Source: an uncultured Gammaproteobacteria bacterium (GTDB taxonomy: Bacteria > Patescibacteriota > Patescibacteriia > JAACEG01). Taken from it: a stretch of DNA of 12,705 nucleotides. Positions 6,581 to 12,705 of the stretch are shown one piece after another. Within the stretch, counting starts at the first letter, position 1. Each line of letters starts with the position of its first letter. The notes under the pieces were generated by a model that had not been told where the DNA came from, searched no databases, and saw only the letters and a list, made by a program, of their open reading frames with translations. Both the position numbers and the translations under genes were made by a program. The stretch is taken from positions 1 to 12,705 of the forward strand of contig CAYNJS010000024.1 of assembly GCA_964397635.1 (NCBI GenBank), given 5' to 3'.

Positions 6581-7531
6581 TTAATTTTTTCTAAATCTCT
6601 CCAAAGTTACAAGAAGTGGACTAGCTAAAAAAATTGATGAATAAGTACCAGAAACAATACCAATAATTAAAGCTAACACAAAATACTTAATGCTTTCGCC
6701 TCCAAAGAAAAATAAAGTCGATAAAACGAATAAAGTTGTAAGTGATGTATAAACTGATCTAACTAAATTTTGATTAACACTTTTATTAACAGTTTCGGCA
6801 AAATCGGGAGTGTGGTGCTTTAAATTTTCCCTCACCCTGTCAAAAATAACAATTGTATCGTTTACTGAATATCCTAATATAGTTAAAAGAGCTGCTACAA
6901 ATGGCGCATTAAGCTCAACATTCATAAATCTACCTAAGAAAACAAAAATTCCAACCACAATCAAAATATCATGAAACAAGGCAACAATAGCAATGATTCC
7001 ATACTTCCAAGAGGCTACTGGCTTAGAAACCTTCCTAAAAGCCCAGGCAATAAAGCCAACGATAATAAGCAAGGCTATAAAAATAGCGTAAAGAGTCTTT
7101 TGTTTTAATTCCTGGCCAATAACTGGACCAATTGAGTTGAATCTTTTTTCTACAACTTTATTTTCCGGATTATTAACAGACGCGCCAATATATTCGCCAT
7201 CTTCTCCAGTTGGCACTAACATATCTAAACTTTTAGTTCTAAGTTTTGTTAATATTTCTTGATGAGTTTCCTCTGAAACAGATTTAAATCTTAAAATAAC
7301 TCCTTTGTCCCCTATTGGTTGAATAAATACATCACCCAAATCCAAATCATTTATCTTTTCCTCTATTTCTTGGGCCTGAGGTCGTTCCATGGTGTATTCT
7401 ATCTCCATTAAACTTCCACCAGTAAAATCAATTCCAAGCGGCAGCCCCCAAGAAAGAAGGCCAAATAAACTTATAACTACTAAAATACTTGAGATTGCGA
7501 AGTAAACTTTTCTAAATTTAATAATATTCAT
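6581..7531 (-). CDS. secF: Protein-export membrane protein SecF
   Basis: The topology is an N-terminal transmembrane segment, a periplasmic domain, then five C-terminal transmembrane segments. The SecF blocks are present: GIDFTGGSLMEIEY, GYSVNDTIVIFDRVREN and LVRSVYTSLTTLFVL. It lies immediately downstream of secD. Confidence 0.9.
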   Translation of the reverse strand: MNIIKFRKVYFAISSILVVISLFGLLSWGLPLGIDFTGGSLMEIEYTMERPQAQEIEEKINDLDLGDVFIQPIGDKGVILRFKSVSEETHQEILTKLRTKSLDMLVPTGEDGEYIGASVNNPENKVVEKRFNSIGPVIGQELKQKTLYAIFIALLIIVGFIAWAFRKVSKPVASWKYGIIAIVALFHDILIVVGIFVFLGRFMNVELNAPFVAALLTILGYSVNDTIVIFDRVRENLKHHTPDFAETVNKSVNQNLVRSVYTSLTTLFVLSTLFFFGGESIKYFVLALIIGIVSGTYSSIFLASPLLVTLERFRKN

Positions 7532-7543
7532 AGTTCAATTACA

Positions 7544-9259
7544 TTATTTCTTACTAAAACTTTTTAATAAAAATCTTGTTATAACAACCGCGCTAAACAT
7601 ACTGATCAAAACACCAATAACCAAAGTTATAGCAAAGCCTTTAACCATGCTGGTTGAAAACCAAATTAAAATAATACTGGTTAGGATAGTAGAAATATTA
7701 CCATCACGAATAGATGTCCAGGCTCTAGCAAAACCATCCTCAACTAACTGTAAACCGCTTTTACCTATTTTTTTCTCTTCTTTAATACGTTCAAAAATCA
7801 AAACATTAGCATCAACAGCCATACCAATCGATAAAATTAAACCGGCAAGACCTGCTAAGGTTAAAGTGATTCCTAAAAATTTAAATACAGACAAGGTAAT
7901 AACACCATAAATTAAAAGCGCTAAAACAGCCGCGATTCCTTTTACCCTGTATATCAATAACATGAAAATAGCAATAGCAAGCAGTCCGTAAAGGCCGGCG
8001 TTTAAACTTTTACTCAAAGATTCTTCTCCCAAACTTGCCCCAACTGTGTTTTGACTAATAAGTTCAATTGGCACAGGCAATGCACCGGCGTTAAGCCTTT
8101 GAGACAAAAGTTTTGCCTCTTGAATATTAAACCTACCGGATATTATCGCTCTACCGTCTCTAATTTGTTCGTTTACAACTGGAATACTAATTGGATCCCC
8201 GTCTAAAAATATCGCCACCAACTTACCAATATTCCTTTGTGTAATATCGGCAAATAACTCTTTACCCTCATCATTAAATGTTAAGCTAACCTGTGGTTCA
8301 TTAGTATTAGGATCAAATTCAACTTGGCTCTTTACCAATTGACCGCCAGACAAGCCCGTACTCTTCCATGGATCAGCCGGCGGGATAAAATCAATTTCTG
8401 CTTTTGTTCTAATTAAAATATGAGCAGCCCTTACCTCGGTATTATCTGTTCCGTCGGGCTGCAAACCGCCTCTAACCTCTTCTTTTTTAACTATATGATA
8501 ACCAAACTGAGTTTGTATTGGTTCGGCGGTTATTTCTCCAACCTCTAAATCTTCAAAAATAGCTTTTTCAAATTCTGGAACCATCATTCCACGGCCAGCA
8601 AAACCAAGTTCACCGCCTTCTGCCTGACTGCCTGGATCCTCTGAAAATTCCTTAGCAAGTTCTGCAAAATCCTCGCCTTCATTAATTTTTTTAATAATAC
8701 CCTTAGCTTTTTCCAGCGCTTCTAAATTAAAATCATCAAGCTCTTGAACCTCTTCTTCGGTTAATTCCCTTGATGGCTCATTGTTTTCTTCTTTAAACTC
8801 TAAAATAGGAGTTTCCCCTATCATTTTAATTGCCTGATCAACATTATGAACGCCAGCAAGCTCAATAATAAGTCTCCACTTATTCTGAGAGTGTTCTGTT
8901 TGTACCAATGGCTCTGATACGCCAAAAGCATTAACCCTTCGCTCAATTACGTCTCTAACCCCTTCTAAGGCTGATACTTTTTCCTCTTCGTCACCTTCAA
9001 CCCGAGACACATCAGCTTCGTAAACTAAGTGGGTTCCACCTTGCAAGTCCAGACCCAACCTAAAAGGAACATTCCAAAAATGAGGGATATTTGATCCAAT
9101 TTTAGGATTTAACCAATCAACTCCCTTATCAAAATAACTAGGGACTACATAAAAAGAAGCAAAAATACTAACTAAAACAACAGTTAAAATCGTTAACCTG
9201 TATTTTAACTTATAAGACTCTTGCTTTACAATTTTGTTCAAAAAACCTTTAAACGACAT
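7544..9259 (-). CDS. secD: Protein-export membrane protein SecD, with a ~110-aa parvulin (PpiC-type) PPIase-like domain inserted in the periplasmic P1 head
   Basis: The SecD blocks are present: [130 protein letters not shown] and a C-terminal 6-TM bundle. Between LEF(K) and TGLSGGQL lies [40 protein letters not shown]...[12 protein letters not shown], followed by AAHILIR. These are the hallmark motifs of parvulin rotamases. Confidence 0.9.
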   Translation of the reverse strand: [571 protein letters not shown]

Positions 9260-9287
9260 AAATATTTTAACAATAACTAATCTTTAT

Positions 9288-9447
9288 GGGACTGTCGCCA
9301 AATACCGTTTTTGAGATAAATTTTCAGATTTTAAGGAAATTTCTGGATAAAAATTTTTGCTTATACGGTAATATAGGCCAAAAATTTTTATAGGAAATTT
9401 ACCAAAAGATGGAAATTTAGACGAAATCGGTGTTTGGCGACAGTCCC
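9288..9447. repeat. A 160-bp element bounded by 20-bp terminal inverted repeats and flanked by a 5-bp direct repeat. It is a candidate MITE or a long structured leader.
   Basis: The left arm is GGGACTGTCGCCAAATACCG at 9288-9307. The reverse complement of the right arm at 9428-9447 is GGGACTGTCGCCAAACACCG, a 19/20 match. TTTAT flanks the element directly at 9283-9287 and again at 9448-9452. The interior is AT-rich with three copies of GGAAATTT and two of AAAATTTTT. The element lies in the 240-bp gap between the SPFH-gene terminator and the secD start. Confidence 0.4.
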
Positions 9448-9460
9448 TTTATTAAAAAAT

Positions 9461-9500
9461 ACAAAAGGTCCACTTGCGTGCCCCCTTTTGTATATATATT
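9461..9500 (-). terminator. Candidate intrinsic terminator after the SPFH gene
   Basis: The minus strand reads ACAAAAGG-(15-nt loop GGGCACGCAAGTGGA)-CCTTTTGT, followed by ATTTTTTAAT. It starts a few nt after the stop at 9501. The stem is only 8 bp and AT-rich, so confidence is moderate. Confidence 0.4.
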
Positions 9501-10070
9501 TTATTTAGTTGGTCTCACTTCTGAAAGTAAAATATTCTCAACTAGTATGCCTCTAGGGTAGAAAATTCTTTCCAATTCTTCTTTTAGTTTCCTCTCTACT
9601 TCATCACGCTTAGTAGAAATTATCTCTTGTAAACTATATTTAGAAGCGATCAACCTAGTCCTGCTTCGAACGGTTGGTCTAATTATCTTTTCCACAAATT
9701 CTTCTCCAATATTTTGCCAAATGTGAGGAATTTGATCGATGTCTAATCTAAGCAAAACTGTTCCTTCAATCGCTGCTGTGCTTCCGTTTGAAGCTACAAT
9801 TCTAATAGGCTCATCTCCCATTAGTTTTGTTTTACTCATATCAAAGCTTTTACTGATATTATACTCAAGAGTTTGAGTATTAAAAAGCTTAGCTTTTTGC
9901 CAAAATGGAACTTTTAAGTGCAGGCCTGGACGTAAAACCTTTCGAAGAACTCCCCGGCCTAAATCGTAAACACAAGCAACGTATCCTGGTGGAACTTTAA
10001 TAAAAAATCCCTTTAAAACGTCTTCCACTACAAAGGAATACATTATCTTGTCTAAATTTTCTGATGACAT
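9501..10070 (-). CDS. SPFH/band-7 (prohibitin/HflKC-like) domain protein of 189 aa. It is a minimal form with no transmembrane anchor and no C-terminal coiled coil.
   Basis: VPPGYVACVYDLGRGVLRKVLRPGLHLKVPFWQKAKLFNTQTL matches the start of the SPFH domain, as in prohibitin (GEGTHFLIPWVQKPIIFD). IGEEFVEKIIRPTVRSRTRLIASKYSLQEIISTKRDEVERKLKEELE matches the prohibitin stretch IGEDYDERVLPSI...ELITQRELVSRQV. The N-terminal 25 residues contain no hydrophobic segment. Confidence 0.75.
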   Translation of the reverse strand: MSSENLDKIMYSFVVEDVLKGFFIKVPPGYVACVYDLGRGVLRKVLRPGLHLKVPFWQKAKLFNTQTLEYNISKSFDMSKTKLMGDEPIRIVASNGSTAAIEGTVLLRLDIDQIPHIWQNIGEEFVEKIIRPTVRSRTRLIASKYSLQEIISTKRDEVERKLKEELERIFYPRGILVENILLSEVRPTK

Positions 10071-10104
10071 AAAAAATCAAGAAAAAACCCCTTTTTCAAG
10101 GGTC

Positions 10105-10794
10105 TTATTTCTTTTTTAATGGTTTAATAAATAAACGTAATATTATTGATACAATAACTGTAAATAAAATCGATGTCAAGATAAAAATTGACTTAACAGC
10201 CGGCAACAACGCCAAAACCACAACAGAGGTAATTGGAAATAAATACTTAAAAAAGATATCCGACTCTCGAAGTAGATGCTTTTGCATTCTTTGATTATAA
10301 GCAATTTCTACAAACAATACCACTCCTATAAAAAGAGCCAAATAAAAATTCCTTTCGCCCAAATTAATTCCCCAAAAAGTTAAATTAATAAAATCCGGAG
10401 AAGGAACTGTTGTGTAAAGATCATCAAATTTATTATTAATCCCCCCTAAAAAAACCTGGTATAAAAGCACCAAAACAAGAGCTTGAACACCTAAAACAAC
10501 TGTCTTGGCCCAAGGCCTAATTTTATACCTTTTCATTGCTTCCCTAGCCTCCTGCTTAGCTTGCTCTGGATCATGTTTATAGTCTTCACCGATTTTCTTA
10601 ATCTCTCGCCCTAACATTTCATAGCGAATCTTATTTCTTTGGGCAAAAAAAGTAAAAGGCAATAAAAGCAACCTAAGAATAATAGTCAAATAAATTACAG
10701 CCAAACCCAAACTAAAAGCATCCTTGTACTGATACAAAACTATAAGCAAATTAAAAAGGGGTTTGTATAAAAACTCGTCCCAAATAAATTCCAT
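10105..10794 (-). CDS. yidC: YidC/Oxa1-family membrane protein insertase, short form (229 aa, no large periplasmic P1 domain)
   Basis: The conserved YidC core is present: GLAVIYLTIILRLLLLPFTFFAQRNKIRYEMLGREIKKIGEDYKHDPEQAKQEAREAMKRYKIRPWAKTVVLGVQALVLVLLYQV. The N-terminus KPLFNLLIVLYQ is also typical. There are five predicted transmembrane segments and a basic C-terminal tail, KPLKKK. Confidence 0.85.
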   Translation of the reverse strand: MEFIWDEFLYKPLFNLLIVLYQYKDAFSLGLAVIYLTIILRLLLLPFTFFAQRNKIRYEMLGREIKKIGEDYKHDPEQAKQEAREAMKRYKIRPWAKTVVLGVQALVLVLLYQVFLGGINNKFDDLYTTVPSPDFINLTFWGINLGERNFYLALFIGVVLFVEIAYNQRMQKHLLRESDIFFKYLFPITSVVVLALLPAVKSIFILTSILFTVIVSIILRLFIKPLKKK

Positions 10795-10812
10795 AAATAT
10801 GATCTTTTTGTT

Positions 10813-10841
10813 ATTCTACCTTTAATTAAGCCTTATGTCAA
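10813..10841 (-). promoter_or_regulatory. Near-consensus sigma70-type promoter for yidC: TTGACA, a 17-nt spacer, then TAGAAT
   Basis: On the minus strand the -35 element TTGACA is the complement of 10836-10841. The spacer is 17 nt. The -10 element TAGAAT is the complement of 10813-10818. The predicted transcription start is only about 10-12 nt from the yidC ATG, and there is no Shine-Dalgarno sequence. Confidence 0.6.
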
Positions 10842-10992
10842 CTGTCAGAAACTTATTAACCAATAACTTTTTCTACTGCAAACTTTATATATTTGGCTGC
10901 AAATTATTCAAAAATCGTCAATTATACAGCCAGTATAATTTCCTCATTTTTCATAATTTTCGCCTAAACCTACAAATTTTCTTAACGAAAGA

Positions 10993-12444
10993 TTATCGCC
11001 CAACAAGTTTCATTATACTCTTCCTTAATCTTTCAATTGACTCATCTTTACCTAGAATATTTGCTATTTCAAAGGCTCCGCCTGGAGTAAATTGCTTACC
11101 AGACAAAGCTATTCTAACTGGCCATAAGACTTGACCGTTTTTAAGTCCTAAATCTTTAATTAATTTTATTAATTCTTCTTTGATTACTTCCTCATTCCAA
11201 TCTTTCATTGGCCCAAAAACAACAATAACTTTTTCCAAAATATTTTTTGCTAAATTTTCATCGACCTTCATTTTCTCGTTTACATATAACTTGGTATCAT
11301 AATCTGGTAATTCGTTTAAAAAATCTATCATCTCTGGAATTTCGCTTAAAATTTCTACTCGTGTATGTAAAATCTTGCTAATTTCCATTAAATCTAATCC
11401 TTTTTTAACATCCTTATAATATGGGGCTGCTAATTTATAAAACTCCTCTAAACTTTTACGCCTAATGTGCTCGCTATTTATCCAACGCAATTTTTGGCTA
11501 TCAAAAACTGCAGAACTTACCCCCATTCTGTCGATTGAAAATTCTTTTACCAGCTCATCTAAATTAAAAATTTCTTTTTCATCTTTGGGATGCCATCCAA
11601 GCAGAGCTGAAAAATTAAGCAAAGCTTCTGGCAAATAACCTTTTTTACGATAATCCTCAACAGCCACATCTCCTTGACGCTTGCTTAATTTACCGCCATC
11701 CTTGTTTAAAGTTAATGGAATATGAATATATTTTGGAGCCATCCAATTAAAAGCCTTATAAAGCAGAATGTTTTTAGACAATGATGGTATCCATTCAGCA
11801 CCACGAATAACGTGGGTTATCTCCATTGTATGATCATCTACTACATTAGCAAATTGATATGTAGGAATCCCGTCAGATTTTATAAGAACCTGATCATCAA
11901 GCTCCTTATTATCAAATTCAATTTCTCCGCGAAGCTCATCGTAACACTTGGTCTTCCCTTCAAGTGGCATCTTTTGTCTAATCACGTATTTTTCTCCATT
12001 GGCTAAATTTTCTTTTATTTCTGCAGCTGTCAATTTACGACAATGGTTATCATATTTTGGAGCCTGCTTGTTTTTTACCTGAAAATCTCTTAAATTTTTT
12101 AATCTTTCCTCAGAACAAAAACAATAATAAACCTCCTCCTTATCTAAAAGTTCTTTTAAGTATTTATTATAAATTTCCAGTCTCTCAGTTTGGATATATG
12201 GACCATACTTTCCATCAGCACTCCCAGGGCCTTCATTAAATTTTATTCCAACCCAATCCAAAATAGCCACTAAATTTTCAACAGCTCCCTCAACCTGTCT
12301 TTTCTGATCAGTGTCTTCAATCCTAAGAATAAAATCTCCCCCATCTTTTTTAGCCAACAAGTAATCAAAAAGAACTGTTCGAAGGCTCCCAATGTGTAAA
12401 AATCCTGTTGGACTAGGCGCAAAGCGCGTTCTTGTTTTTTTCAT
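10993..12444 (-). CDS. gltX: Glutamyl-tRNA synthetase (class I)
   Basis: The N-terminus is RFAPSPTGFLHIGSLRT with the HIGH motif. The KMSKS motif appears as GGKLSKRQG. WPVRIALSG is a characteristic GluRS block. A GluRS-type zinc cluster, CFCSEERL...NHCRKL, is present. The length of 483 aa fits. Confidence 0.95.
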   Translation of the reverse strand: MKKTRTRFAPSPTGFLHIGSLRTVLFDYLLAKKDGGDFILRIEDTDQKRQVEGAVENLVAILDWVGIKFNEGPGSADGKYGPYIQTERLEIYNKYLKELLDKEEVYYCFCSEERLKNLRDFQVKNKQAPKYDNHCRKLTAAEIKENLANGEKYVIRQKMPLEGKTKCYDELRGEIEFDNKELDDQVLIKSDGIPTYQFANVVDDHTMEITHVIRGAEWIPSLSKNILLYKAFNWMAPKYIHIPLTLNKDGGKLSKRQGDVAVEDYRKKGYLPEALLNFSALLGWHPKDEKEIFNLDELVKEFSIDRMGVSSAVFDSQKLRWINSEHIRRKSLEEFYKLAAPYYKDVKKGLDLMEISKILHTRVEILSEIPEMIDFLNELPDYDTKLYVNEKMKVDENLAKNILEKVIVVFGPMKDWNEEVIKEELIKLIKDLGLKNGQVLWPVRIALSGKQFTPGGAFEIANILGKDESIERLRKSIMKLVGR

Positions 12445-12447
12445 ATT

Positions 12448-12705
12448 TTAGAGTCGTTTCTTAAACCAAATAAAAGCTAATAAAGCTATAGCCATGGTAC
12501 CTACTGTCACCCCGCTCAAAAGCATAAAAGCTTGTGGGGAGTTTCCATATGGCAATTCTATATTCATACCATAAACACTGGCAATAACCATTGGAATAGT
12601 AAAAAATACCGTCAAATAAGTCAATACCTGGATAATTTGGTTTAATCTGATTGATAATACTGTGGTATACCCCTCCCTAATATTATTAATAGTTTTTAAG
12701 TTTGT
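12448..12705 (-). CDS. corA: CorA-family Mg2+/Co2+ transporter, C-terminal fragment. The gene runs off the right edge of the window.
   Basis: My minus-strand translation ends ...PMVIASVYGMNIELPYGNSPQAFMLLSGVTVGTMAIALLAFIWFKKRL*. The YGMN(F/I) motif is the CorA signature. It is followed by a second transmembrane segment and a basic tail. The stop codon lies 3 nt before the gltX ATG. Confidence 0.8.
   Translation of the reverse strand, partial: TNLKTINNIREGYTTVLSIRLNQIIQVLTYLTVFFTIPMVIASVYGMNIELPYGNSPQAFMLLSGVTVGTMAIALLAFIWFKKRL

Noticed and set aside
7647-7910. Plus-strand ORF of 87 aa
   Set aside because: It is antisense to the SecD transmembrane region. This is a spurious call.
10877-10904. 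Direct repeat CTGCAAA...CTGCAAA downstream of gltX as a terminator
   Set aside because: It is a direct repeat, not an inverted one, so there is no hairpin. I could not identify a convincing gltX terminator.
10835-11134. Plus-strand ORF of 99 aa
   Set aside because: It spans the yidC promoter region and the antisense 3' end of gltX. It is low-complexity and has no Shine-Dalgarno sequence.
11812-12239. Plus-strand ORFs of 64 aa and 60 aa
   Set aside because: Both are antisense to gltX. These are spurious calls.
1-12705. CRISPR arrays, tRNA/rRNA genes and integrase or transposase genes
   Set aside because: I found no regularly spaced direct repeats. No intergenic segment has a GC-rich tRNA-like cloverleaf. 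No transposase-like ORF appears on either strand. The only candidate mobile element is the non-autonomous inverted-repeat element at 9288-9447.

Overview
This is an AT-rich, gene-dense window that looks like a small-genome bacterium (possibly Patescibacteria/CPR-like; that is only an impression). All convincing genes lie on the minus strand. They are listed here in transcription order, from the high-coordinate end of the window to the low end:

- a partial CorA Mg2+ channel, of which only the C-terminus with the YGMN motif is in the window
- glutamyl-tRNA synthetase (class I HIGH/KMSKS motifs)
- a near-consensus sigma70 promoter feeding a short Gram-positive-type YidC insertase
- a minimal cytoplasmic SPFH/prohibitin-domain protein
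- a terminator
- a 160-bp element bounded by 20-bp inverted repeats
- SecD, which carries an inserted, apparently circularly permuted parvulin PPIase domain
- SecF
- two small, strongly SD-driven genes: a 77-aa acidic protein and a 58-aa Cys/His zinc ribbon that is missing from the ORF track
- a strong intrinsic terminator
- a promoter and palindromic leader feeding a SEDS (FtsW/RodA) glycosyltransferase
- a GC-rich hairpin
- a CofE-like (F420-glutamyl-ligase family) protein
- tandem 21-bp repeats
- a HlyD-family adaptor with a very long coiled coil, a MacB/LolD-type ABC ATPase with no permease, and the N-terminal half of a P-type cation ATPase (DKTGTLT)

All plus-strand ORFs in the track appear to be antisense artefacts. 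I found no rRNA, tRNA or CRISPR.
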